In this document: positions 44,510 through 58,079 of the stretch, one piece after another
Numbering within the stretch: position 1 is the first letter of the stretch
Layout: every line of letters starts with the position of its first letter
Assembly (NCBI GenBank): GCA_951406725.2
Contig: OX597832.1
Span: 38,564,001 to 38,628,000, forward strand
Direction of reading: 5' to 3'
Length of the DNA: 64,000 bases
DNA from: Octopus vulgaris
Taxonomy: Eukaryota
The notes under the pieces: model-generated
What the model saw: only the letters and a program-made list of their open reading frames with translations
Databases searched by the model: none
Told to the model about the DNA's origin: nothing
Position numbers and translations under genes: made by a program

Positions 44510-44885
44510 AGCTAAATCGATTACATCGAACCCCAGTGTGCAATTGGTATTTATTTTATCGACTCCGGAAGGATGAAGGGCAAAGTCGACCCCATCGGAA
44601 TTTGAACCTAGAAAGTAAAGATGGACAAAATGTCTCTAAGTATATATATCGGAGTGCTAATGTTTCTTTATTACCCACAAGGAGCTAAACACAGAGGGGA
44701 CAAACAAGGACAGACAAAGGGATTAAGTGGATTACATCGACCCCAGTGCGTGACTGGTACTTAATTTGTCGACCCCCGAAAGGATGAAGGGCAAACCCAA
44801 CCTAGGCGGAATTTGAACTCAGAACGCAGCGGCGGACGAAAAGCATTTCGCCCGGTGTGCTAATGATTCTGCCAGCTCCCCCGCC
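44510..44885 (-). mobile_element. SINE family A long-tail copy joined to a short-tail copy near its A box
   Basis: gtgctaatg|tttctttattacccacaagg...; head at ~44885. Confidence 0.85.
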
Positions 44886-46200
44886 GTTTCTCATCTGCTG
44901 CTATTTGTAGTACCGTTATACTTGACTTTGTAGTTAATTGACCCCAGATAAACCTTGATCAAGTAAACCAATGGTCAAAGCGTTCCATCCATGATTAGTT
45001 CATCCTACTCTTAGATAAATCATCCAGGTCTACATTATGCAATGTGTGCGTTGTATTTTAAAATAGAAAGATATAGTGTTTGGTGAATATAGCTGCTATT
45101 TCTAGTAGACCGAAATGACAATGAAAAACGCCTACATCGGTTTGGTGGCAAGGATGATGATACTGGTGCAGTCGCCTTAGTGTTGGTGGTCTTGTCATGT
45201 GGTGTGGCCAGTGGTTGCAGTGGTAGTTTGGTGTACCCTGTGGTGGGATAGTGATGTTGGTGATAATGATGGTAGTAATGGTGGTGGTGGTGGTGGTGGT
45301 GGTGGTGGTGGTAGCGGCGACGGCGGTGGTGGTGGGGGTTATGATGGCGGTAGTGGTGGTGGTAATGTTGCTGGTAGTTGTGGAGGTAGTTGTAGTAGTG
45401 GTGAATGTGTTGCTGTTGTTGATAGTGATAGTAGTTTTGGGTAGCGATAAATGTGGTAGTAGGAGCAGTTCTAATAGTGGTGGTGGTCACAATGGGAGTG
45501 ACGATGGTGGTGATGCAGGAGTGGTTGTGATGGTGGCAGTAGAGCTAATAATGGTAGTGGAGCTGATGGTTTTGGTAGCGGTGGTGATGATGATGATGGT
45601 GGTGGTGATGATCGTAGTCGTGGTCGTGGTGGTCGTCGTCGTGGTGGTGGTCGTCGTCGTCGTGATGGTGGTGGTGGTCGTGGTGGTTGTCGTGATGGTC
45701 GTCGTGGTGGTAGTAGTCGTGGTAGTAATGGTAATGGTGGTGGTGGTGGTGGTGGTGGTGGTGATCTAAGTGGTGGTCGTGGTCGTGGTAGTGGTGGTCG
45801 TGGTTGTAGTAGTGGTAGTGGTGGTGGTGGTGGTGGTGGTGGTGGTGGTTACGATGGCGCTGAAGCTGGTGGCGAAAGAAGGAAGAGGGAATAGCTACGT
45901 ACAGTTGATGACGTGATATAGACACAGGTGTTCTCTTATTGCGTTGTTTCCATTCTTCAAATGTGAGCCAGAGTTAAACCGGGTGGCATAAGGGTAGCTG
46001 TGACAGTGGCTAGAGTCCATACATCAAGACATTGTACTCCAGAAAAGGCGTCCTGCGGTTGTTTTCATTAACTCTTCATTCAAAGCACTGCACCGAAATG
46101 CACATGACTTTGCACTCAAGAAGAATAATGCTACGCACAACGTAGGCTTATATATATATATGTATATATGTATGTGTGTATGTGTGTATGTATGTATATG

Positions 46201-46260
<60 letters not shown>

Positions 46261-46534
46261 TATATACATACATATATATATATACATATATATATACACA
46301 TACATACCTATGTATGTATATATATATATATATATACATATATACACATATATACACACACATATGTATATTTGCACAGGCTCATATAAATATACATATA
46401 TATATACACACATATATATTTATACATATATATACATATATATATATGTATATACATATATATACACGCATATATATAGGAATTTATATACAAACGTATA
46501 TGTGTGTATGTATCTATACATATATATGAGTGAG

Positions 46535-46568
<34 letters not shown>

Positions 46569-47823
46569 TACACGTACGTATGTGTGTGTATACATACATG
46601 TATATATATTTGTGTACATGTATACGTGTGTGTATATGTATTTATATAAATACATATGTATGCATATATAGATATACATACATGTATGTGTATGTGTGTG
46701 GGTGAATATGTGTGCGTGTATGTATATATATGCCTTCGTATGTATACACATGCACGTGTGTACACGCATAATGCATCTATTGTGTCAGAAAGTGTGATGG
46801 GTGTGCTTGTCATTTTCCTGCTTTTTTGCTTTTCACGGCTGGATCACAGCAGTGCAAAAGAAGTAGCCGAGTGTTTCCCAGTCAGTACATATCCTCTCCA
46901 AAACCAAACCCTAGGCAATATCTTCTCACGCTGACACACAGTGACCGACCACTTTGTAGTCCTCAGAAGGAATTCGGAGTCGATCTAACTACAGACGTAC
47001 AGCATGCAGACCTACCAGCTTGAGAAAATACCGTTGTGATTTTTAACTGTTAAATCGCCATGGGTAAAATACTGTCACTGTTGTGTACATACCTTTGGTT
47101 TCAAAAGAACAAGAGGAACAACCCCAGAGACAATCTGGAGTCCAGTCCCAAAGGAAATGTAGATATATATTCTGCAATAATCTGGCATTAAGCACATTGG
47201 TTCTACCTTTTACAGTTAAAGCTTCTAATTGAATAGGTGAAAGTTTTCAGAATCTCTCTGGTGTAGGGATTATCGCGGTCGTCTGGTCTGTGGCAGATGC
47301 GTGGTTTTATATATGAAGATAATCCTGTTCAATTTTTTTCCCTCTTAATGGATATTTTATTCGATATTTTATCGCTATATTTGAATTTTAACTCCTTAAA
47401 AGAATATATCTGTTTGTATGTGTCTATGTGCTTGTGTAGAAAATATGAAAGATACCAAAAATGTGAGAACAATTCTCACATACTGGTGTTGATGTAATCG
47501 TATTTATCAATATTGAGTTCTGTAGGACCAACAGTTAGGGGCGTTGTTAGAGTGTGGGATGCTCAGTGCAACTCTTGAGTGGGTTGCGTACCCCCACCTC
47601 GGAAGTACAGCCAATACATGTTACACAAGCTTCTACACCAGAATCAAAATTCCACCCCACCTCCCAAACACACACCTAAAAGCGTGACCCTGTGTACTTT
47701 CCCTTCGACACGACCCCAAGCTTCGTTACTGTAGACAGTTTCCTAAAATTGCACTATTCGAAATTCAAATCTGAACGCTATCGACCTTCTTTTTTTTTCA
47801 GTCCCTACCTAAGATCAAAAGAA

Positions 47824-47994
47824 GGAGTGGCTGTGCGGTAAATAGCTTACTTACGAACCACGTGGTTCCGGGTTCAGTCCCACTGCGTGGCACCTTGGGC
47901 AAATGTCTTCTACTATAGCCTCGAGCCGACCATAGGCTTGTGAGTGGATTTGGTTGAAGGAAACTGAAAGAAACCCGTCGTATATATGTATATA

Positions 47995-48025
<31 letters not shown>

Positions 48026-48206
48026 ATGTATGTGTATATGCTGGTGTGTTTACGTTCACGTAACTTAGCAGTTCGGCAAAAGAGACCGATAGAATAAGTA
48101 CTAGGCTGACAAAGAATAAATCCTGGGGTCGATTTGCTCGACTACAGGCGATGCTACATCCTGGCCACAGTCAAATGACAGAAACAAGTAAAAGAGAGTA
48201 AAAGAG
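47824..48206 (+). mobile_element. SINE family B, near full length
   Basis: ggagtggctgtgcggtaa..ggttccgggttcagtcccactgcgtggcaccttgggcaa..gaaacaagtaaaagagagtaaaagag. Confidence 0.9.
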
Positions 48207-48819
48207 CAACATATTTAGACCTGACCGTGGCTTTTCTAAATAGCTTTCCGACCTGCTAGAAATGGCAGCCATTTTACCTCGGCTTGCACCGTAATATTTG
48301 TATAAAGTAATAAAAGGATTCGTTAAATTGGACTTTACAGAGCCCCGGAAACGACTGGGCGGTCAAGGCTGGAAAGCCTTTCTTTCAAAGGTATGTTCTA
48401 CCTTGCGAGTTGTAGCATTTTATTAATGTAATCTATAAATATGAACTAAATTATAAAGTATGGCTAAAAGAGAGGAACGGTGAGCATTGCACTGCGTTAA
48501 CCTAACTTGTCAACCGTCTGGGCTTAAAAGAGTGAGGTGTCAGAAGAGTACAGCTGTTGATTATACCTATTATACGTGTCACCTGGAAATGCGTAGCCTT
48601 GTGCATATGTAAGCAAGAATTATCACCTAATTTACATACGTCAATATTTCAATTGAAAGACTTAAATTACAACAGCTTTTTTTTAAACAGGAATCGAAGC
48701 AGCTTATGCTCGTTATTGGATAAGGACGCTAATTATTATACAACGTATAAATCACGTATATCACTTCTGTTTTTCATTAAAGATTTGGAAGGAAAATCAT
48801 GCTGTAAATGAAAAGTAGC

Positions 48820-49645
48820 ATACTTGGGTCGGCTGAAAATTTTCGTAGGCTGACCAAGATACTCTCATGGAATGTGAACACATGAGGTTTATTTTTCAAC
48901 ATAAACGGTCCACACTACTTCCATTTGTGTTGCAGGGCATGGATCCCATTGATGAACCACCACGGCGATACTGGTTCCCAGCCAATTTGTTTTTTCGCGT
49001 TGGGGGAACAAACGATGATAGTCAGATGGAGCCAAATCAGGAAAATAATGAGAGTGATCAACCAGTTCAAAGCCACAGTCAAAATGTCAGATTTCCCCGT
49101 GATGTGATCAGCCTGGTACGCTTTTGATCAGGTGTCAGAAGGCATGGCAACCACCAAGCAAAAACCTTCGTCGTGTCAAGTTCAGTGTGCAGAATATTCT
49201 CAACTCTCTCATGGGGTATGCTAATAGCATTGGTTATTTGATTTATAGTCAATCGCCTGTCATCCGTTACTCGTCACCATGTGGTGAACACGAACAATGT
49301 TTTTCTCGATGAGGGCATTTTTACGATGTCCAGACCTAAGGTGATCTTCAAGACTCCCTCTTAATTTCAGCCGCCCACTTTTGCACTGTTGAGACAGCTG
49401 GAGTTTCATCCTCCTAATGTAGCAACCATGTCAGCATGAATGTGTTTGGGAGTTAAACCCTTTATCTGCAAGCGCTTGATAACATTACGATGCCAAATTT
49501 TGTCTATTTTCAAGAGAAGTTGCCACTAGTTGTTTTTGAAGTTTTATTAAGAACTATCAGATATCAAATTAACTGGAAAGAAACAATGCAGTTATTAATA
49601 AGAAGATTTGAAATTAATGAAAGAAATTGTCGTACCCTCATACGT
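48820..49645 (-). mobile_element. Decayed, internally deleted mariner element
   Basis: TIR-like tacttgggtcggctgaaaattttcgtaggctgacc at the left end; minus-strand translation VSTVQKWAAE..RESLEDHLRSGHRK (mariner 'LEDxxRSGRP' motif). Confidence 0.72.
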
Positions 49646-50029
49646 CGTCTCACGACGGGACGGTCTATCATATATATGTATGTATGCATGTATGTATGTA
49701 TGTATGTATGTATGTATGTATGTATGTATGTATGTATGTATGTATGTATGCATGTTTGTATGTATGTATGTATGTATGTATGTATGTATGTATGTATGTA
49801 TGTATGTATGTATGTATGTATGTATGTATGCATGCATGTATGTATGTGTGTATGTCTGTCTGTCTGTCTGTATGTATGTATGTATGTATGTATTATTCTT
49901 AAACAGGAATTTTATTTACAGAGTCTTTGAAGTTTTGGCCAGTTAAGACATCGTAGGACACTACTTCGAAGTCACTATGAACGACATTCTTGTATAAGAA
50001 TAATTTGTACACTATAAATATAAAACTTC

Positions 50030-50111
<82 letters not shown>

Positions 50112-51569
50112 CGAAAACAGTGCGTGTTTGATCAAAGCTTAGTTGGAGTCAAACGACAAAAAGAAAGCATTTTACCGACAATTTAACCATTATTTGTGGC
50201 TGATCTTGCATACATATTAATGGTACCGATATCCTTCACTCGGCGCTGGATAAATGGGAATTAGTCGATAGCTAATCGAGAACTCACTGAGAGTTAATCG
50301 ATAAGCCGCATGATGAGAGTTAAATTAATATATAATAGCTCTCCACTGCGTCGTCGTTGTGTGAAATCTATAATCTTCCCACCAGCCTGTCTGTATTTTG
50401 TTTCACGTTTCGCTGTAACTTGTCACCTTGACATGATCTCAAGAGGGAGCGGTGTGTGTTTCTTTATGTCCATACACCGAGCAAAAGAGGCGATAGAAAA
50501 ACTTATAAAATATGCCTTGTCACCGGTTGTGTGTACCTCAGCTGTCTTCTTCCTCCACCGTACGTTACTAATTACCCGACGTTCACTCGGTGCTTTCGAG
50601 TTAAAATGACAAATGTTCAGACCAGCCTCATATTTTGTGTGTTCTGCTTGTAGGTGTGATAAACTTGAGGATTTCAAGTTTAACATAGTGTTACTCTCCT
50701 TCACAAGCAATTACGGAATGCTGAGGTGCCGTAATCGTGTTAATGGTTTTGAAGTTTCGTTGGCCCAATATCCAAGTGATGTAACATTTAACAGCATTGA
50801 CTTCAAAGCGAATCAAGGATTGCCTAATATTTTGCTGCACCTGTATGCTTAATGGTTAGCATCGCATATTGATTTATCATTCTACACATAGCCTAGACTG
50901 ACTCACAAATAATTACTTTCCTCTACAAATATAGAAAAATATAATTTAGGACTAAACAGCTGCAAGCCATTTAGAAAGCAAAAATATGTCTTGCAGTAAA
51001 TTACTTTTTCCAGGTCTGGGTTTGGCCGAGATGCAATTCTATACCCACACAGTCACAATACCATATGAATGTACGCATTTTATAGATACAAGTGCTACAT
51101 AACCACTAATTTTCGTTATCTTCTCTCTTTCAAACTAATACTTCTACTGTAAAGCTATCTGCACTTCGATGCATAATAAATCTATACCGATTCTGTCTTC
51201 ATTTATTCCTCTCACATTTTGTAATCACAAGAGTGTGTCTCACACCAGACTCTTCAACCGATGCTTCTTACTTTTACCTATATCTTACTAGAACTCATTT
51301 CCTACATAGTTCTCTTCTCCAAGTATTGACTTTAACATTTAAAACTGGATATCAATCATGCTATCCCCTAGCTTTCTCTATGAGGCAAATATCTATATGT
51401 TACCGTTAGGAGAGCATTTAGCTCTATGGCAGATTTATCATTCACTACCTCACCGTTAGCATCAAGTATATCACATTTATCATTCACCTTCTCACAGATA
51501 TCATTCACTATCCCACAACCATAGTTTTCCCTATCATACATTTATCACTCACTATACTACAGTTATCAC

Positions 51570-52230
51570 AACGCTACGGGTATCGTAAAGTATACCGGAA
51601 GTTAATGGTTTCCCGCCATCCATTATCTATTATCAAGCAGGCCCCACTGCCAAGAAGTGAAATATCTTTTCCAAAACGTCGCTAAGCTTCAACAATTTTT
51701 CCTCCGACACCAACAATTTATACATACTCGTCAAATACCTTAACCAAAAAAAGGACTTGTTTGCGTGTATGCGTCATCCACCCGCCGGAATGCATTAACT
51801 GCAACGGATGCCACATTAGTAACATGTGTGATATTTACACAATAGAATAAAATGAATGCTTTCACCTTCGCAATCCATCGGACAAAAGTCATCTGAACAT
51901 GTACTAGATCCAGAATATCACTGTTACTAACGAATCTACAGATCGGAATATCGGGTATTTTCGGGTCAAGGAAACTATCCTCATTAAACTCCACAAACCC
52001 GCTATCAACGCCCGTCAAGAATATAATTGGATTAGCAAATGGGCTAACATAATGACTCCTAGTGCAAGATACGACCTCGGCTTCTCAATATCCCACCATC
52101 TACATCGGTTTCACAGCAATCATACTAACAAAGAACTTCCAAAATAGTAGGCATGCAACGCTAAGTATTACAGCATGTTTTTATTCTTCATAACATGCAG
52201 TTTTTAGCTAATCATACGAACTTGAAATTT
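51570..52230 (+). mobile_element. Decayed Penelope-like element 3' coding fragment (RT thumb to GIY-YIG)
   Basis: Frameshifted EVNGFPPSII (NGYP-like), LVCVY..ECINCNGCHIS (VY..CxxC..YIG-like), FRVKETILIKLHKPAINARQEY at 51959-52024 (GIY-YIG C-terminal E..I...P.LN motif). Confidence 0.65.
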
Positions 52231-52253
52231 TGACGAGCCCATGTATATATAGC

Positions 52254-52309
<56 letters not shown>

Positions 52310-52310
52310 C

Positions 52311-52384
<74 letters not shown>

Positions 52385-52387
52385 ATG

Positions 52388-52482
<95 letters not shown>

Positions 52483-53034
52483 GCAGATGTGTGACAATGG
52501 ATAAGGCCGTTAACGTGTATATTTTAACAGTTATCAGAAAGCACGGAGGAGCAATTAAAAAAATTGCTTCACAACCGTAAGGTCCCGAGATCGATATCAC
52601 TGGTAAACATAGGCAGACATGATACAGGGGTGAAATACAGTGTTGAAGGGAAGGGCTATGTAAAGCATGAATTGGCATGAGACCAGATGTCAACCTTGAA
52701 GTAAATTGAATTACGAGAGTCATAAAATCTTTAACCAGCGGACATATGACAGAAGACCAGAAGATATGATACTTGGTATGTCAGCATTTAGCAGTTTGTA
52801 TTTTATCTAATTTAGGTAAATTTAAACTCCATGGACCTCACAACATCCCATTTGAAATCTGTCTCACATCCTCATCATATATTTCTACCTTAATCATTTT
52901 TCTTTATCTTTAAGTCTCTTTATTTTACTCTTCATATCTCAAATCCTCTCTCCATTCTCTTTTCCTTATTTCTCTCTCCTTCTTTCACTCTGTATCTCTC
53001 TCTTTCTCTCACACTCTTCCCCAATCTCTCTCTC

Positions 53035-53112
<78 letters not shown>

Positions 53113-53731
53113 CTTTCAGCAGCAGACAGGCAAGAGTAATTCCAGGCGAATATATACCTACATAACATCACCGTCAGAAACGACTACAACAACAGCAACA
53201 ACAACAATCACAACCACAACGACGGCAACGACGACGACGGCGATGATGATGATGATCGGTACGTGTCAAACACCTTAAGGTTGCAAAGCATTAAGAAGGA
53301 GAAAACAGAGAAATTGCTCAGGTGTTTGGTTGCAGCAAAACTAAGACAACAACAAAAAAAGTAAAGAAAAGTCCCTTCAATTTGACGATATCTACCTTAC
53401 CCTCCTCCTTGTCTATTGCCCGCTTTTTATATTTTCTTTTCTTTTTCTTTCTTTCTTTTCTTTTTTTATTTCACTAAGAACCGAATCTAAACAAAATCTA
53501 GGGCCATTTCACCGTCGTGCCAGCATACGAATAAGGTTCATTTGCATAATGCAATGAGGACAACTCAGTTCATGCTTTTACTGTTCGTTACTACTATTAC
53601 TAACACCACCACCACCACCACAACAACAACAACAACAACAACGACAACACCCACTACTACTACTAAAACTACTACTACTACTACTACTACTACTATTATT
53701 ATTATTATTTTTATTCTTCTTATTTTCATTA

Positions 53732-54125
53732 CTGAGCTGGTGAAATGGCAGAAACGTTAGCACGCCGGGCGAACTGCGTAGCCGTATTTCGTCTGCCGTT
53801 ACGTTCTGCGTTCAAATTCCGCCGAGGTTGACTTTGCCTTTCATCCTTTCGGGATCGATAAATTAAGTACCAGTTACGCACTGGGGTCGATATAATCGAC
53901 TTAATCAGTTTGTCTGTTCTTGTTTGTCCTCTTTGTGTTTAGCCCCTTGTGGGTAGTAAAGAAATAGGTATTTCGTCTGTCTTTACGTTCTGAGTTCAAA
54001 TTCCGCCTAGGTCGACTTTGTCCTTTTATCCTTTCGGGGTCGATAAATTAAGTAGTAGTTGCGAACTGGGTCCTCCCCCAAAATTTCGGTCAATGTGACT
54101 TGAGTAGAAAAGATTATTATTACTA
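53732..54125 (+). mobile_element. SINE family A dimer (long-tail copy plus headless short-tail copy)
   Basis: Junction gtaaagaaatag/gtatttcgtctg at 53967/53968. Confidence 0.9.
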
Positions 54126-54129
54126 TTAT

Positions 54130-54905
54130 TTTTAAACAATACGAAGAGCGCGATGCGATTGCAATAGGTATTTTATTGGTTTGAACGATATTTCGACAGC
54201 TTGCCTGTCTTTGCCGAGTTCAGAATGAAAAGTGATACATAGAAATTCAAAATTTAAAAAATTAAAATTCAAAAGTTTGAACGAGGCTGACCTGCGTTCC
54301 CATGTTGACGGAATGACATCATTAAACTTCAATTTTAAGGAACGGAAAAAGAGGAACAGAAGAGAAAAGAAAAAGAAAACGAAAACGAAGAGAACTATTC
54401 AATCAAGCAGTTTTGTGTAAATATGATGATAGTCTCCTGTAATTTTTTCATCGTTTCAGGGCGTTTTCTCCTCATGCAATTTGAGGGCTGAAAGTGTAGT
54501 AGATTTAGAATATCTTCTGAGAATATGCACTTTCAAGTCTTTTTCAAAATTGCAGCCGTTTGATGCAAAATGTTCGGCAAGTTCTGTCTGACTACTGTTA
54601 TTGTGTCTGACATCATATCTGTACCCATTGAATGTTTTGCTTCCAACATAAACCAAGTTGTGTTTCGTACATTCTGCTGCGTTCACCAAATGGAAATCTC
54701 TATACGTCTTACCTTCCGTATAAATCATAACATTTCAGTTATGATTCCTGATGGAATTGACTTGACTCATGTTGTTGCGGCTGTTTCTCAAGGTACAGCG
54801 TGCAGAAACTCCAATGTTAGTTTTCTTGGAGTCAGGAGTAGTCGTTAATACTTCTCTTATATTTTTATTCCGTCTAAAGACTACAATAGGCGAGTAAGGA
54901 AAAAT
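54130..54905 (-). mobile_element. Penelope-like element 3' end: linker, GIY-YIG endonuclease and pLTR
   Basis: PYSPIVVFRRNKNIREVL (PLE linker); HLVNAAECTKHNLVYVGSKTFNGYRYDVRHNNSSQTELAEHFASNGCNFEKDLKVHIL (GIY-YIG); downstream HHR-like fold and AATAAA. Confidence 0.85.
54182..54222 (-). ncRNA. Minimal type I hammerhead relic in the PLE pLTR (core mutated)
   Basis: Minus strand TGAAC-tcggcaaa-GACAG gcaag CTGTC-GAAA-TA-TC-GTTCA. Stems I and II are perfect; the core differs from CTGACGAA by four transitions. Confidence 0.7.
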
Positions 54906-54907
54906 TA

Positions 54908-55137
54908 GTAGTACCAATAACTGTTGGAGCCCTGGGAACAGTGAGCAAAAATCTCGAGAAGTATGTGGAACAAATAGGGGCTGCAATAAGGGTGGAGCAC
55001 TTGCAGGAAACAGCTCTGCTTGGAACCGTTCGAATACTCCGGAAGGAGCTCGAAAAATAAGAGGTATTACCTTAGTTCACTGGTAGAGGACAGCTGACAC
55101 TGTAGTACATCTCCAGCGTTAGAAGCTGTGCAAAGAC
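54908..55137 (+). mobile_element. R4/Dong-type LINE 3' fragment with (AAT)n tail
   Basis: 54908-55060 = VVPITVGALGTVSKNLEKYVEQIGAAIRVEHLQETALLGTVRILRKELEK*; (AAT)n at 55138-55212. Confidence 0.85.
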
Positions 55138-55213
<76 letters not shown>

Positions 55214-55904
55214 TGTGTGAAGATGAAATGTACCAATAAAATAGAAAAAATAAGTTCAAAATGTTGAATATATATATTCATAATTCAACACTCATTAATC
55301 TTTACTTTGAAATACTTTAGAAGTCATACAGCGATCAATTTTACCAAGTAAATATACAGATTAAAGGACGTGTCCTTTATTAAGCAGAGAAAGTTTAATG
55401 GCCCACCATATTGAAGTCAAACACCTTAAATATCTCAATGTGACCCCTTAAAGTGACATGGGGAGTTTCCTATTGTATTGCTAACCGTTGGTAACTTTTG
55501 CACCATGAGCGACAATCCACCAAACGCACATTCATGCTGTATATTGTTGACACCGAATGATAAATAGTTGTAAACGTTTAGACAAGTAATTGGACGAGGC
55601 TAGGGAAATATTGAAAGGCATACAGATATGAGGATTGCGTTTGTGTGTGAGTGTGTGTGTGATATGTGATATGTATGCGCGCGTGAGAGAAGGCTTATAG
55701 GTGTGTGTGTTTGTAGTTGCGTGAGTGAATATGTCTGAGTGTGTGCGTATGTGTATGGAAATGTTCTAATGTGTTAGCGCCGATAAATAAATAAATTGGC
55801 ATACATAAATATTCAAATAGAGACACACAAGAAACACGCTCGAGTACGGGCAGAGACACACACACACACGTGTAAATGTATGCGTAAAAACAAATGTCTA
55901 TGTG

Positions 55905-56035
<131 letters not shown>

Positions 56036-56679
56036 TTATACATAGATATATATATACATACAATATATATATAAGCATATATACATATATAAGCATATAT
56101 ATGCATGCATGCATGTATATATATATGTATATATATGTATGTATGTATATGCATATACACGCATCCCATACACACATTACATAATAAAAAAAAATTAAAA
56201 AGAATACAACAGGAGTAGTAAAAGAAGGGAATGGATTTTAGTGGTAACTTCTGGTGTGTTATTTTTGTTAGAGAGAACATAATAAAAAAATAATAAAAAA
56301 ACACCAGAGAAAAATATAAAATAAAATCTATCACCAAAAATGTAATATATATATAAAAATAAATAAAGACAAATATATTATATGAAAGGAAACAAAATCA
56401 GGCACAAAACGAAAAGCACAACAACATCAACAACAATAAGAAGCTGGTAACCTTCTTTATTTCCATTTTATGTTGTCTCCCTAGCTTTGGCAGCATGGGC
56501 CGAAATTTGAAGCCTGAAAAACTATAAATTGACGTAATAAACGTAGGGTTTTAAGGCAGCGTTCGTGTTTTAAAGTAACTGCTTCATTTGTTATTAGGGA
56601 TTGCTTATTTCTGTGTAAATGGGCGAAATTTAATAATGATAATAATAATAATAACAACAACAACAACAACAACAACAAC

Positions 56680-56717
<38 letters not shown>

Positions 56718-56730
56718 TAATAATAATAAT

Positions 56731-56983
56731 ATCCTTAAACAATCCTTATTCATGGACCTTTTGAGCGGGATGGGCTACTCGACCAGAAGAAAGTTCTAAC
56801 TTAGGCCACACCTGCAAGGTCATGCGCTGTTTATCTTGATGTGAGATCACCATGTCGTGCACCTATGGTTGTGATGCATGTGCCTGGTGTACCCTTATAA
56901 GACAGGTGGTCATGATGGGTATACTGGGCTTCGTATATTTTACCCCAGTGTGACTTTGATGGTATGCACTGCTCTCTCACTCA
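56731..56983 (+). mobile_element. (TAA)n-tailed retroelement 3' end embedded in (AAT)n; same family as 17673-17868
   Basis: (AAT)n on both sides; a second copy is present in the window. Confidence 0.72.
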
Positions 56984-56988
56984 ATAAC

Positions 56989-57102
<114 letters not shown>

Positions 57103-57124
57103 AAGAAGAAGAAGAAGAAGAAGA

Positions 57125-57453
57125 AGAAGAAATGGAGAAACTCTCAAAATACAAAGACCTGGAAATAGAGGTAACTAGAATGTGGAATCTGAAAACAGAA
57201 ACAATTCCTATCATAGTAGGTGCATTAGGCATGATAAAAAAATATTCAGACAAATACATAACAAAAACACCAGGATTTACAAGCACATATAACATACAGA
57301 AAATTGCACAACTAGGCACTGCACACATCCTACGCAGAACACTTTCCATACAATAACCATCAGAGCATCACAACAAATCACAGCACATACCCAAGGCACA
57401 CAGAGCTGCGCTCGGTAGTGAAGTGAAAGCACGCTATAAAAATAAAACTACTG
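57125..57453 (+). mobile_element. R4/Dong-type LINE 3' fragment
   Basis: MEKLSKYKDLEIEVTRMWNLKTETIPIIVGALGMIKK..IQKIAQLGTAHILRRTLSIQ* (K..KY..L, GALG and LG..HILRR RLE motifs), short 3' UTR, (AAT)n tail. Confidence 0.9.
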
Positions 57454-57910
57454 AATAATAATAATAATAATAATAAATGCCCTGATGCAGTACCAGGCAG
57501 TGGCTCTCATGGCTTCTGATCTTAACTGATTGGGAAGTGTTATCATGTACATTGTTTTGTCTTGGTATAAAATACGGGCTACAGTAAATATTCTGCTCAA
57601 TACCACAGATTTGCTTGTCAGTTGTTTGACCTTAACGATTTGAGCGTGTCCCTTAGTGGCTGACGATGTGTGCATCTCTCATCACGAGCAGAAGTAGTGG
57701 TGGAGCATCATAGCCATGTGTTGAGAGGGATTCTTTGGGGTTTGAATAATTAATCTCAGGAAACCGTTGCGGTTTTTCGTGGTTTCCTCGAACAGCCCTC
57801 CTTTGGAGAATTTTATCTTTTTCACTGTTTACATGTTTCCTTTTATGCAACCCCACGTTGTATTGTTTTGTACTGGCCCCAGTGCTATTTGTGAATCTTT
57901 AGTCGTTTAA

Positions 57911-58035
57911 GGCGGCGAGCTGGCAGAATCAGCATGCCCGGCGAAATGCTTAGCTGTATTTCGTCTGTTGCTACGTTCTGAGTTCAAATTCCGCCGAGGT
58001 CGATTTTGCACTTCATCCTTTCGGGGTCAATAAAT
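57911..58035 (+). mobile_element. SINE family A 5' part; a further diverged copy at 58435-58615
   Basis: ggcggcgagctggcagaatc..gagttcaaattccgccgaggtcga..catcctttcggggtc. Confidence 0.85.
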
Positions 58036-58079
58036 TATTATTTATTTATTTATTTACTTATTTATTCATTTTTAAATAA

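Noticed and set aside
50990-51430. Possible decayed RTE/CR1 LINE on the minus strand
   Set aside because: Only vague resemblance; no convincing RT or APE motif found.
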